A stretch of DNA of 64,000 bases, taken from NCBI RefSeq assembly GCF_004010195.1, contig NC_057720.1, positions 5,971,273 to 6,035,272 of the forward strand, written 5' to 3'. Of the stretch, positions 36,069 through 49,127 are shown in pieces. This DNA comes from Chiloscyllium plagiosum (taxonomy: Eukaryota). Every line of letters begins with the position of its first letter. The first letter of the stretch is position 1. The notes under the pieces were generated by a model. It was given only the letters and a program-made list of their open reading frames with translations, searched no databases and had not been told where the DNA came from. The position numbers were made by a program, and so were the translations under genes.

Positions 36069-36904
36069 AACTGGATGGTTATATGGGTGAATTGCAAAGC
36101 TTGTGGGATGGATAAGCTTTGATTCATTTCTCAGAGTCATCCCCGACAAATCTCCCTCCCTAATGTATATCTTCCTTTAAATTCCACCCTGCGCGACAAA
36201 CAAAAGCTAATCAGCACATCGAGGAAAGATTATTTGGCAAATGCATGGGAGTTTAATTGTTGGATCTGTGCTGAAACGCTTTTAACCTTTATTTTAAATT
36301 CTTCCCATGCTGTGATTTAGCCTTGCAATAGTCTGCCTTCCCTGCCTGGGCACAGCAAGTGTCTTATGAGTGTGTAAGATATTCCTGACTTGGCCTAATA
36401 TTTAAACAAAATCTGATGATGTTTTCTGTTCAAATTACAGCATGGGCGCTGGGGTTACAGTCTCTCGTGTAATCCTTTAATAGATATCAAAATTGCTGGA
36501 ATTTCGAAAATTATATCCAAATTATATTACCTCCCTTAAGTAACCTGCAAGAAATTAATAAGTAAGGCACCTATCTCCGCTGGGTGCTTTATGGAATTGA
36601 TAGTTGTAGCATTCAATGAATCTTGGCAGGTGATGCAAATCACATCACCTCTGATTTGTTCAGAGTGTTTTATGTCTAACATCAGTGAATTACAGGTACA
36701 TGCAGCAACTTTACTGGGGCAAAAAGCATCAATAACTCTTCATGGAGCAATTGTTATATAAATTCAAGACAGTGATCAAATGGTTCGCCAAGGAAGTTGG
36801 TTCTAATGAATTTTGTAAAGGAGGAGAGAAAGAGATAGACAGAAAGGTATAAAGAGGCAATTCCAGAGGTTTGGTTACAGGTAGCAAAGATACAAACACA
36901 GTGA

Positions 36905-37140
36905 AAGAGTCTGGAAGGACAGGGACAGCAGATACATGGGAACACTGCAAGTTCCCCTCCAAGCCCCTCACCATCCTGACTTGGAAATATATCGCCGTTC
37001 TTCACTGTCGCTGGGTCAAAATCCTGAACTGCTGTCATGGGTCAACCTACAGCACATGGACTGCAGCGGTTCAAGAAGGCAGTTCACCCCCCCCCCCCCC
37101 TCCTCAAGAGGCAAATAGGGATGGGCAATAAATACTGGAC
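36905..37140 (+). mobile_element. L2/CR1-group LINE 3' end
   Basis: Matches 4130-4360 and 6660-6925. Confidence 0.72.
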
Positions 37141-37391
37141 AAATGGAAACAGTCATGAAAATTGGGGCTGCTGAAAAACTAGCCTTTGAAGACGGCAGAA
37201 ACCTCAAGAGGGACTGGAAAATATTGGTTAGAAAGATCGCACAGGGAGGGGTTTGCAGACAAGGATGAGAATTTTAAAATTGAGGCAGTGCCGGCCCAAG
37301 AGTCAGTGTAGGCCAAGGAGCTCACCGGTGGTTAGTGAACAGGTTTGATGTGTCAGATATTAAACCTAAGCTTGGCTATATTGGAAGATAG

Positions 37392-37518
37392 GAGAAAGTG
37401 AGGACTGCAGATACTGGAGATCAGAGTCGAGATTGTGGTGCTGGAAAAGCACAGCAGGTCAGGCAGCATCCACGGAGCAGGAGAATCGACGTTTCGGGCA
37501 TGAGCCCTTCTTCAGGAA
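37392..37518 (-). mobile_element. Solo family-A PLE terminal repeat with intact hammerhead core
   Basis: TSD TATATTGGAAGATAG at 37377-37391 and 37519-37533; minus strand TC-CTGAAGA-A-GGGC-TCAT-GCCC-GAAA-CG-TC^GA. Confidence 0.88.
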
Positions 37519-37798
37519 TATATTGGAAGATAGCCTTCAAGGACCGTTGGGATGTGTGTAACGTGTGGACAAGAATTGTTGGCCAACGTTCCTCCCTCAG
37601 GCAATGACAGCACATTGTAATTGTTGTTGTAACACTGACATGAAAGACTAACCTGGTCATTCCTCAGCTTGTCATCTGTAGGTCATTACTAATGCAGGAA
37701 CATTTGCTCACAAAATACTCAATGACTGCACTTTGAAAGTAATTAACTGGCTGTGAACAATTTTATCCTGCAAACACGAAAGGCAGCATACAAATGCA

Positions 37799-37965
37799 GA
37801 GAACTTTTTCAAGGCTCTTGAACCTCTTCATTCATTTCTGATGAAGGGCTTATGCCTGAAATGTCAATTCTCCTGCTCCTCAGATGTTGCCTGACCTGCT
37901 GTGCTTTTCCAGCATCACACTTTGGGCTCTGATCTCCAGTATCTGCAGTCCTCACTTTCTCCTGC
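37799..37965 (+). mobile_element. Family-A PLE terminal repeat
   Basis: TSD CATACAAATGCA at 37787-37798 and 37966-37977; CTGATGAAGGGCTTATGCCTGAAATGTC. Confidence 0.83.
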
Positions 37966-38029
37966 CATACAAATGCAAGCAGGGCATGTGTGAGGATGAA
38001 GTATTTATTTGATTTAAGACAGGGATATA

Positions 38030-38187
38030 TTCAAACAGGTTTATATGAAACTGCAAGTCTTTTGCCTGAGGAAGGAGTGGGGGCTGCGAAAGCTAGTGCT
38101 TCCAAATAAACCTGTTGGACTATAATCTGGTGTTGTGTGATTTTTGACTTTGCCCACCCCAGTCCAACACTGGCACCTCCACATCAT
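38030..38187 (+). mobile_element. Family-C PLE terminal repeat with hammerhead motif
   Basis: CTGAGGA (38066) ...GAAAGCTAGTG; matches 8986-9069. Confidence 0.75.
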
Positions 38188-38189
38188 TT

Positions 38190-38455
38190 GGGGCGGCACG
38201 GTGGCTTAGTGGTTAGCACTGCTGCCTCACAGCACCAGGTTCGATTCCAGCCTCGGGCGACTGTCTGTGTGGAGTTTGCACGTTCTGCATGGGTTTGCTC
38301 CCACTGTCCAAAGATGTGCAGATCAGGTGAATTGGCCATGCTAAAATTGCCCATAGTGTTCCGTACATTAGTCAGATGGAAATGGGTCAGGGTGGGTTAC
38401 TTTTCGGAGGGTCGGTGTGGACTGGTTGGGCCGAAGGGCCTGTTTCCACACCGTA
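38190..38455 (+). mobile_element. HE1/V-SINE-like SINE
   Basis: GGCGGCACGGTGGCTTAGTGG...GGTTCGATTCC. Confidence 0.88.
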
Positions 38456-39189
38456 GCGACAGGAGAGCTGATTAAGACGTGGCCGATTTTTGAGATAAAA
38501 CCTGAGTAATGAACTGCTTATGGCAATGTAATAAACTGCTTCTGCTTTCAGCTTGCAAACACTCCATCCTGCCTTGGTACCACAAAGAAAATGGGTCAAG
38601 GTCTGGCGTGGGCTTGGGATATGAGAGAGACAATATATAATCATGACTTTTGCTACCAACTATTCAACTGACTCTCTAGAGAATTGGTTTCTTGCTAATA
38701 ATGGAAATTTTGCTCAAACAGTCTCCACAGTCATGAGAATGATGATTTATTTACATTTTCTTTCAGCAATAATTTGTGATACAAAAATAATTTGGCCACA
38801 ACATACACATTTGTCTTATTGACATTTTTGCTAACAGTGCTGGGTTTGGTGATGCTTCTGTTGAGACAAAGGTGGACAATGAAATCCATAAGCTTTTAGA
38901 GTACCACAATAATACTGAGGTTGTGTTATTCAGACCCAGCCTCACCAGTGAATCCATCCCTCTCTGGGTTAGCAATTTTGATAGGCTAAGCTATGCTGCT
39001 TACAGCCTTAGTGACATATTTGCTCTTGAGAGGGGTATTTTTGAAATTCACTTATGAGATGTGGTCATCGCTGGCTGGCCACCATCTATTGCCCATCCTT
39101 AATGGCCCAGAGCGCATCTAAGAGTCAAACATATTGCGGTGGGACTGGAGTCACCTGTCAGCCAGACATGTGACTTCCTAAAGGACATA

Positions 39190-39520
39190 GGATAGGATAA
39201 ATAGACACAAGGTCTCTTCCCTGGTGTCCAGAACTCGAGGGCATAGGTTTAGGGTGAGAGGGGTAAGATATAAAAGGGACCTAAGCCGCAACTATTTCAC
39301 GCAGAGGGTGGTGCGTGTATGGAATGAGCTGCCAGAGGAAGTGGTGGAGGCTGGTACAATTACAACATTTAAAAGGCGCCTGGATTGGTATATGAATAGG
39401 AAGAGTTTAAAGGCATATAGGCCAAGTGCTGGTAAATGGGACTAGATTACTTTAGGATATCTGATCGGCGTGGATGAGTTGGACCGAAGGGTCCATGCTG
39501 TACATCTCTACGACTCCATG
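39190..39520 (+). mobile_element. CR1 3' end inserted in an antisense family-B SINE (about 39045-39790)
   Basis: YFTQRVVRVWNELPEEVVEAG; a family-A hammerhead repeat also lies at about 39658-39753. Confidence 0.85.
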
Positions 39521-39809
39521 ACATTAGTGAACTGGGTGGATAATCAGGCAATAGTTTCATGGTCACTATTACAGCCCCATTTCCAAACTATCATTATAAA
39601 TTCCAAATTCTACCATCTGAATCCAGGTTCCCAGAACATTACCTGGATCTCTGGATTCGGGTCTCTGATGAAGGCTCTTGCCCGAAACATCAACTCTCCT
39701 CCTCCTCTAATGTTGCTTGACATGCTGTGTTTTTCCCAGCTCCACACTTTATTATCTCTGATTAATTGCCCAGCGATAATGCCATTAGGCTATTGACAGA
39801 CTATTAATT

Positions 39810-40290
39810 GCCCCTTGCGAAGGTGGGGGTGCATTGTGTTCTTGAACGGCTGCAATCCACGTGCTGTAGGTTGATCCACAATGCCCTTAGGAAGGGGATT
39901 CTAGCATTTTGACCCAGTGGCACTGAAGGGACAGCGATATATTTCCAAGTCAGGATGGTGAGGGGCTTGGAGGGGAACTTGCAGGGTGTGGTGTTCCCAT
40001 GTATCTGCTATCCTTGTCCTTCTAGATGGAAGTGGTCATGGGTTTGGAAGGTGCTGTCTGAGAGTCTTTGGTGAACTTCTATAGTGCATTTTGAAGATGG
40101 TATGCACTGCTGCGACTGCTGGGCATTAGTGGTGGAGGGAGTGGATGTTTGTGGATGTGATGCCAATCAACGGGGCTGCTTTGTCCTGGATGGTGTCAAG
40201 TTTCTTGAGTGTTGTTGGAACTGCCCCCATCCAGGCAAGTGGGAGTATTCCATCACAGTCCTGACTCGTGCCTTGTAGGTGATGGACAGG
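39810..40290 (-). mobile_element. L2/CR1-group LINE 3' portion
   Basis: Reverse complement of the 3930-4360 type sequence. Confidence 0.75.
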
Positions 40291-41464
40291 CTAACCATAA
40301 ATCAATGCCAACACCAAGCTCACCCTATTACAACATTGATAACCATCACCATATTTCTGACTCAGGTCAGGAGCTGGTGAAATCCCCACTTATGCCTTTC
40401 ATACCTCCAGACTCAGGTGTTGCAAAACACTACGAGCAGTCTTCCCATCTACCACCCTCAACCAACATTTAGCTCTCCAGGAACCTTGACACCTGCACCT
40501 TAAAACACTTCAAACCCCGGCCACCACACCTATATTTTGGTCCCAGCTGAGCACATTTTGACTTTGTTGTTCTCACCCTGGCTTTCTAATCCCTAACTCT
40601 GCAATCTCTCCAACACCTAAACTCTCTGGGATATTGATACTTCTCAAATCTGGCCTCTCGAGCATCCTTGACCTTAATTTTTAAAAATGAGTGTTCATGG
40701 GATGTGGGTGCCGCTGGCTGGGCCATCATTTGTTGCCCTTGAGAAGGTGATGGTAAACAGTCACTTTGAACCATTGCAGTCCATTTGCTGAACCGTTGGT
40801 GGCAATGCTCTTCTCTACTTGGGTTCTTAGATCTGAAAATTCTCCACAAAGTCTCTCTGCTTTACTGCAGATTTATTGCAGCGATGGTGTGAAGCTCCCC
40901 CTGATTTTATAAAAGAGGCAACATCACCCACTTAAAATATGGTGCATATTTTATGCCAAAAACAATGATCTTGAAATTTTGCCAACAGTTCGGGGTGATT
41001 CTGCTAGTCCAAAGATGTACAGCTAAGGTATATTGGCCATGTTAAGTTGCTCATAGTGTCCAGGGATGTGCAGGCTAGGTGGGTGAGCCATGGGAAATGC
41101 AGAGTGATAGCAATAGGGTAGAGGTCTTGGTCTGGGTTGGATGCTCTTTGGAAGATTCATGTGAACTCGGGCTTCATGCCGTCGGTGATAACAGAGGATT
41201 CTGTGATTCACCTCCACGGGAGACTGGGAGAATCCCTACATTAGTTACGGAAAGTCTACATTTAATATTTTTCTTTCTATCCCTTACAAACGAACAGCTT
41301 TGTTGATAAAAACGGTTCTGTCCTGCTACTATGCCCATGAAATATGTCATTTAAGTCTCTGCAGGGAAATCACCAAAGTTTTCATCTCAATGGGAATGAG
41401 TTCGAATCCCGCTTTCTCCAAAGATGCATTGCGTTGCGTTCGAACAAGGAGATGAAAATCAAAT

Positions 41465-41727
41465 TTAGCGTGGAAGTAATCCATTCAGCCCATCGACTTC
41501 ACACTAACCCTCTGAAGAGCACTACATCCAGATGCACCGTCCCACCCTACACCTGCAACACTCATGCACACTACCAGATACTACGGGCAATTTAGTATGG
41601 CCAATCCACCTGGCCTGCACATCTTTGGACTGTAGGGGAACGTGCAAACTCCACACAGTTACCCGAGGGTGGAATCAAACCCTGGTCTCTGCTGATGTGA
41701 GGCAGCAGTGCTAACCACTGAGCCACC
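41465..41727 (-). mobile_element. HE1/V-SINE-like SINE (a partial + copy lies at about 40990-41210)
   Basis: A box and body match. Confidence 0.8.
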
Positions 41728-42390
41728 TTAGCCTTCTGTTTTCAATTTCACGCGCTCAGCTCTAATTCCACTGGAGACTACTCCAAAACTTGGTGCAGGA
41801 TTGTAGTCCATGCTTGGGCAGAAAGGACTTGAATGAGTGAAGGACAGCAAGGTAAAATAGAATGTTCTCTTGTGTTTCAGAATGTGAGCAAAGTTGATAA
41901 GAACTTCAGATAGGCAGGGCCTTCTGACATTTAAGTGAACACTTAGGAATTTGAAGGAATTAATTTAGATTAAAATACCAAATCTGCAATTAAAGAAACA
42001 TGTCAAAACACCAAAAGAAAGATAAATTGCTTCTTGAAATAAAACACAGTCTTGGAACTATGACCTCAGACACATCTTAATTATTTTAAACAAAAGTATA
42101 CATGAAGAAGTGAAATTGGTGTGAATTGAAATTAAAAGGTAACTGATGATATAAATATCACGAAATATCATTGTAAAGGTCAGCATTTCAAATAGAGAAT
42201 GAGCACTGAAGTGGAAAAAGATATACAGGATCTGTATAAATAGAAGTGTAGGTAAAGGAAAGATGAAAAAGATGATTTATGCAATAATTCAATTGAAAAG
42301 TTAAACCCAGCTGGGCAGGGCAGGGTGGTAATTGAAGGGAGACTGAAGGGTATTGGGGAAACTGTGGGACTATTGTAGAGAATCTCACTC

Positions 42391-43571
42391 GAACAGAGTG
42401 GTGCTGGAAAAACACAGCAGGTCAGGCAGCATCCGAGGAGCAGGAAAATCGACGTATCGGGCCTAAGCCCTTCATCAGGAATGAGGCTTGTGGGCAAAGG
42501 GGGCTGAGGGATAAATGGGAGGGAGGTGAGGGCGGGGGAAGGTAGTTGGGAATGTGATAGGTAGATGAAGGTGAGGAAGAAGGTGATAGGTCGGCGAGGA
42601 GGGTGGAGCGGACAAGTGGGAAGGAAGATGGACAGGTGGGACAGTTCAAGAGGGCAGTGCCGAGTTGGAAAGTTGGGGCTGGGATAAGGCGGGGGGAAGG
42701 GAAATGGGGAATCTGGTGAAAGCCACATTGATTCGGTGTGGTTGGAGGGTCCCAAAGCAGAAGATGAGGCATTCTTTCTCCAGGCATCGTGTGGTTAGGG
42801 TTAGACAATGGACGAGGCCCAGGACCTGCATGTCCTTGGCGGAGTGGGACAGGGATTTAAAGTGTTTAGCCACAGGGTGGGGGGGGGTTGGTTGGTACAG
42901 GTGTCCCAGAGATGTTCTCTGAAACTATCTGCAAGTTTGCATCCTGTCTTCTCTGATGCAGAGGAGACCACATCAGGTGCAATAGATGCAGTAGATGACA
43001 TGTGTGAAAGTAGAGGTAAATTTCTGTCAGATGTGGAAGGATCCTTTGGGGCCTTGGACAGAGGTGAGGAGGGAGGTGTGGGCGCAAGGTTTGCACTTCC
43101 TGCAGTGGCAGGGGAAGGTGCCAGGAGGAGAGGGTGGGTTGGTGGGGAGCTGGATCTGACAAGGGAGTTGTGAATGGAATGGACTCTCCGAAATGCAGAT
43201 AGGTGTGGGGAGGGAAATATATCCTTGGTGGTGGGGTCAATTTGTAAGTGGCAGAAATGGCGGAGGGTGACGCGATGTTGCCAGAGGTTGGTGGGTTGGA
43301 AGGTAAGGAGTGGGTTCTGTCCTTGTTGCAGTTGGAAGGGTGGGCTTCAAGGGCGAGGGTGCGGGATGTGGAGGCGATGCGCTGGAGGGACTGGAACGCC
43401 CCCTCTCCCATTAATCTCTCAGTCCCCCGGCCCACAAGCCTCATTCCTGATGAAGGGTTTATGCCCGAAATGTCGACTCTCCTGCTGCTCGGATGCTGCC
43501 TGATCTGCTCTGCTTTTCCAGAACCACACTCTCGACTCTGACCTCCAGCATCTGTAGTCCTCACTTTCTCC
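42391..43571. mobile_element. Family-A PLE insertion with inverted terminal repeats and GIY-YIG remnant (minus)
   Basis: TSD AGAATCTCACTC at 42379-42390 and 43575-43586; KTGCKLADSFREHL, HFKSLSHSAKDMQVLGL..LIFCFGTLQP; hammerhead motifs near 42449-42480 (-) and 43445-43476 (+). Confidence 0.9.
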
Positions 43572-43634
43572 TACAGAATCTCACTCTAAGTCTGAGAAGT
43601 CAAGAACAGCAGATGTCAGCTCATTAAGAAGCTA

Positions 43635-44580
43635 CAGAACACAGAACAAAGAACAGTACACCACAGGAACCTGCCCTTTAGCCACAATGTTGTGCTGAAC
43701 ATGACGTCAAATTAAACCAATCCCTTCGGCCTGCCCTTGGTCCATATCCGTCAATTCCTTGTCTATCCATGTGCTTAACTAAAAGCCTCTTTAATGTCCC
43801 TGTCGTATCTGTCCCCACCACCACTCCTGGCATTAACTGTATACTTTTTCTTAACATTTGATCTCCCAAAGTGTAGCACCTCACAGTTACCCAGATTAAA
43901 CTCCATCTCTGCCCATATCTGCAACTGATATAGAACATAGAACATAGAATGTTACAGTGCAGTACAGGCCCTTCGGTCCTCGATGTTGCGCTGACCAGTG
44001 AAACCAATCTGAAGCCTAGCTGACCTACACTATTCCATTTTCGTCCATATGTTTATCCAATGACCATTTAAATGCCCTTAAAATTGGCCATTCTATTACT
44101 GTTGCATGCAGTGCATTCCCACACCCCTACTATTCTCTGAGTAAAGAAACTACCTCTGACAACTATCCTATATCTATCACCCCTCAATTTAAAGCTAGGT
44201 CTCATCATGCTAGCCATCACCATCCGGCGAAAAAGGGTCTCACTGTCCACCCTATCTAACCCTCTGATTATCTTATGTCTCAATTAGGTCACCTCTCAAC
44301 CTTCTTCTCTCCAATGAAAACAGCCTCAAGTCCCTCAGCCTTTCCTCGTAAGACCTTCCCTCCTTACCAGGCAACATCCTGGTAAATCTCCTCTGAACCC
44401 TTTCCAATGCTTCCACATCCTTCCGCAATACTCTAAGTGCAGCTGCACCAGAGGTTTGTACAGCTGGAGCATCACGTAATGGTTTCAAAACTCAATCCTT
44501 CTACCCATAAAAGCTAACACACTGTCCACCTTCTTAACAACCCTATCAACCTGGGTGGCAACTTTCAGGGATCTATGTAT
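43635..44580 (-). mobile_element. CR1 3' fragments (two)
   Basis: [29 protein letters not shown]. Confidence 0.9.
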
Positions 44581-45009
44581 GTGATCTTAATATCTTAATA
44601 TTTGAGTCCAATGAATCGCGCCATTAACCTCTGAGTCAGTTTTTAAAAATTCATTCACAGGATGTGGCTGTTGCTGGCTAAACCAACATTGATCACCCAT
44701 CCCTAATTACCCAGTAGGCAGTTAAGAGTCAGCCATATTGCTATGGGTTGGAGGCTCATGTAGGCAGATCAGACAAGGATATTAATTTCCTTTCAAAAGA
44801 GCATTAGCCAGATGAGTTTTACCTGACAATCGACAACTGTTTTATGGTCGTGATGGGACTCTTCATTCCAGATATTTTAATGAATTCAAATTCCATCATC
44901 TGCCATAGTAGAATATGGACCAAGGCCCTCAGAACATTACCTAGCTCTCTGGATTGATAGTCTTGTGATTATAGCTCAAGCCCATTTCCTTGCAAGTTGC
45001 ATTCCCAAG

Positions 45010-45650
45010 GCTTGAGCATAAAATGCAGGCTGACATTCCCAGTGGAATACTGACTGGGGACGGGCCGCATTGCCTGAGGTGCTACTCGTAGGATGATGTG
45101 TTACCCAGGTGGTTACAAATAACACACAGCATACTCTGAAAAGCAGGAGTGTTATCCCCAGAACCCTGATCAATATTTATCCCTCAACGAGCATCACTAT
45201 AAATAAGGTAGTGTTACCATTATCAGAGAATTGCTTGTAGGAAATTGACTAACACAAATTAATCAACTATACTGGGTCATCACAGTGACAGAGTGGTTCA
45301 TATTGCTGCCTCATACTGTCAGAGACCTTGGTTCAGTTCCTGCCTCGGGTGACTGTCTGTGTGGAGTTTGCATATTCTCCCCGTGTCTGCGTGGGGTTAC
45401 ACCTGGTGCTTCAGTTTTTTCCCACAGTCTGAAGAAGTGCAGGATAGCTGGATTGGATGTGGGAGATGCAGGATGACATGGAATAGGGTAAGGGGATGGT
45501 GGCCTGAGTGGGCTACTCTTTGGACAGTCAATGTGGACTTGATGGCCCAAATGGTTTGTTTCCACACTGTAGGAATTCCATAAATGCACTGCCACACTTC
45601 ATATATTACAACAGAAGCTATACTGAAGGAAAGTATTTGCTTGATGGCTT
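45010..45650 (+). mobile_element. Old DeuSINE-like remnant interrupted by an HE1-like SINE (45280-45580)
   Basis: GCTGACATTCCCAGTGGAATACTGA...CAATATTTATCCCTCAAC recalls shark Deu-domain SINEs; family name from memory only. Confidence 0.55.
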
Positions 45651-46549
45651 TTTTTAACAGTAAGTGATTCCTGATAAACCTGATTAAAACTTTTAAAGAG
45701 ATGACTGAAGTAGTGGATAGGTGAATGCCTGTGGATGTTTGTTATCTAGACCTCTAATAAATATTTGAACTCATAAAGGCTGAAGCTTTTGGAATTGAAA
45801 AGTAATTATTGTCCTGATTTGGAAAATGGCTGAGCAGCTGGAGATAATGGACAGTTACACTTTCTGTACATGAGACTGGTGATGCCTCTCTGACCATTTT
45901 GATGGGGTGTCAGCTGTTGGCTGTACCTGTGAATGATTTAAGTAAAGAATGAGACAAACAGGTGCCCAGGTTAGTCAATGGAACAGAGATGGGAGGCGAT
46001 GTATACAATGGGACTGGAAGCATCCTGTTACAAAGCAACTAAGTGATTCGGAAAATAGAGTTATAGAGGTCTAACAGCTAAGGAAAAGGCCCTTCAATTT
46101 AATTTTAATGCAGGCAATTATGAAGTCAGCTGCTTTGGACCTAAAATGGATGTTAACTGAGTCCTTTCTATATGGTACAAAGCTTGAAACTGTGCAGGTC
46201 TAGAGATTGGTGACCAGATACATTGATTATGAAAATGTCATGGAAAGAATGTTCAAGGCAGAGATGGTTGGGTTTTTAATCAGTAAGGGAAAATCACGGG
46301 TTATGTAAAAACAAAGGAAACCGGAGTTGAGCATTAGTAGATCAGCCATGAATGGTGGAGCAGTCATGATGGGCTGAATGGCCTACTTTTGCTCCTTTAT
46401 CTTATGGGAACACAGGGGTAGTAGTAGGCTATGCACTCCCTCAAACCTGTTCTACTATTCAATGAGATCATGACTGATTTGTATCTTAACTCTAAAAACC
46501 TGCCTTTGGTCCCTATCCCTTAATACCTTTGCTTAAGAAAAAATATCTA

Positions 46550-47010
46550 TGGTATGGAAGGTGCTAGCTATGAAGAGAGGTTGAGTAGGTTAGGTTTGTT
46601 TTCATTAGAAAAAAGGAGATTGAGGGCGGACCTGACTGAAGTTTAAAAATCATGAAGGGTATAGACAGGGTGGATAGAGACAAGCTTTTTCCCAGGGTGA
46701 AAGATTCAATAACCAGAGGTTATGCTTTCAAGGTGAGAGGTGCAAAGTTTAAGGGGGATACACGAGGCAAGTATTTCACACAGAGGGTGGTGGGCGTTTG
46801 GAATGCATTGCCAGCAGAGGTGGTAGAGGCAGGCATGGTAGATTCATTTAAGATGCGTCTGGACAGATCCATGAGTAGGTGGGGAGCTGAGGGATACAGA
46901 TGCTTAGGAATTGACCGACAGGTTTAGACAGTACATTTGGATTGGCTCAGGCTTGGAGGACTGAAGGGCCTGTTCCTGGGCTGTAAATTTTCTTTGTTCT
47001 TCTTTGTTCT
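46550..47010 (+). mobile_element. CR1 3' end nested in an antisense CR1 3' end
   Basis: MKGIDRVDRDKLFP..YFTQRVVGVWNALP. Confidence 0.9.
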
Positions 47011-48000
47011 ATCTCAGATTTAAAATTATCAACTGATCTTGCGTCCACTGCTGTTTGTGGGAGAGAGTTCCGAACATCTATCATTTTCTTTTGTGGAAGT
47101 GCTTCCTATCCTGAATGATATAGCCCTAGTTCTCAGACCTTGCTCCCTACTTGTAGAAAGAACCCTGATCAGTGGAAAATAGGTTATCTTTATCTACCTT
47201 GTCTATTCCTGTAAATATCTTAAGGACTTTGATCAGATCATCCCTAAACCTTCTAAATTCTTGGAGAAAACTGACCCAATTTGTGAAATGGTCTAATGGA
47301 GTTGAGTACAAATCTTGGAAGTTATGCTGAATTTATAAATTCAGGCTGCAACTTGGGGTTATCTGAGGTGGATGAGAAAGGTCCTACAAATATATGGAAA
47401 GTACTGAAAAATCAACTGCATTTTAGAGCCAATTTTAGGCTTCGTCATTTAAGATTGATGTCCTACAGGCAAAAGCTGCACAGATTAGTTGACCAATTTG
47501 TGCTTAAGAAGGGAAACAAATGAAACTTCACAGAGGCTGAACTGTCAGAGAAGATGAGGCATATGTTAAATAGAGGTGACGGCTGAGTGATGTTATCATC
47601 AGATTATTAAATACGATAATATTGGAAGAGAGAGACCCAAGGAATGTTCTGCCAAGATTTTCCAGCAATTTCTGTTTTTGTTGCCCTCCATATCTGGCAT
47701 AAGCCGAGTGAACCTTCTCTGGATTGCCTCCAATGCCATTCCTGACCTTCGCAGCTGTAGTTTAATTAATGTCTTGCATAGTTTTAGCGAAATCTCCCTA
47801 CTTTTATGCTCCATTTTCACTGAAATAAAGGCCAATTTCATTTGCTTTTCCATTTACCCACTGAACCCGAATGATAGCTTTTTGTGACTTACACATGAGG
47901 GATCCCAAATCACTCTATTCTGCAGCTTTCTGCAGTCTTTCTCTGTTTAAATAATATGCAGCTCCTCTGTTCTTCCTGCCATTGCATTTTATTCCATCTG

Positions 48001-48220
48001 GGAGAAAGTGAGGATTGCAGATGCTGGAGATCAGAGTCGAATAGTGTGGTGCTCAAAAAGCACAGCCGGTCAGGCAGCATCCGAGGAGTAGGAGAATTGA
48101 CGTTTCAGGCATAAGCACTTTACCTCACTCCTGATGTACTGTTTATGCCCAAATGTCAAATCTCTTGCTCCTTGGATGCTGCCTAACCGGCTGTGCTTTT
48201 CCAGCACCATACTCTTCAAT
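48001..48220. mobile_element. Family-A hairpin mini-element in an old CR1
   Basis: Inverted arms; flanks ATTCCATCTG / ATTTCATCTG. Confidence 0.8.
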
Positions 48221-48331
48221 TATATTTCATCTGCCAAGCTGCTGACTATTTGCTTCACCTGTCTACATCCTTCTGCAGACTCGTTATGTTATCCTCACCA
48301 CTAACTTAATCTTGCGTCAGCTACAAACTTC

Positions 48332-49127
48332 TGTTACAATGTGCACGTCAAAGCCCTCTGCTAAATAAAACCAAACACCCAGAAAAACTTGCTTCACCTG
48401 CTAATCTGCTAAAAGTGTGCTTGAGTGACAGAGAACTCCTAATTTTCACTACTTAAAGAAAAGCAAATTTATTTTCCTAACTCTAACAGCGAACACTAAA
48501 CAAAACTAATAACAAATCGAACACTTTCCGTAACTAATCACTATCCCTCAACTAAACACAATTCTATTAATATCCTGTTCCAATAACACAATTATTAAAC
48601 ATTACATCAAGTCCATACAGTCTCTTATACTTCTGGTCTTTCAATTCTGCTGTCTTCTACCTGGGCCATCTTTGTTCTTTTTGCTTGTCAGTGTTTTTAC
48701 AGGAACAGGTACCTTTTAATAGATAGTGCTTTACGAAATTTCTTTGAGAGCAAGGTGTTTATTCCTTTGGAGAGCAGTTGCTCTCCAGCTCTATGACAGT
48801 TGCTCTGACCAATTTTCCAAATGGTCACATTTTTTATACCCCCAATATCGTTCCCTCTCATTGGTCTGATGTTGCCGATACAGTAAATTCATTGGCTTTC
48901 AGTATCCTGGGCATAATTTAAATTAATTGGATAAATTTGAACTGCTGTCAAAGCAGCAACCAAAACTCAGGTATCCATTTAACTGCTAATTGCTACACGT
49001 ATGTATTTTGGAACAGCCTATCACTTAGCTGCTCTGTTCTGGCAGCTGCGACTGGACTTTAAATTTACTTTAAAGTTCAGAAAATGCATATCTTAAAATG
49101 AACATACAATCTTTCAACTTCATAACA
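48332..49127 (-). mobile_element. Probable solo LTR
   Basis: TGTTA...TAACA termini; on minus strand CCAAT x3 (48930, 48895, 48864), TATAAAA (48838-48832), AATAAA (48473-48468) in the expected order; interrupts a CR1 remnant. Confidence 0.7.

Noticed and set aside
38838..38919. Possible exon AGFGDASVETKVDNEIHKLLEYHNNTE
   Set aside because: Weak donor (GTTGTG), short pyrimidine tract and no recognisable homology; not supportable without RNA data
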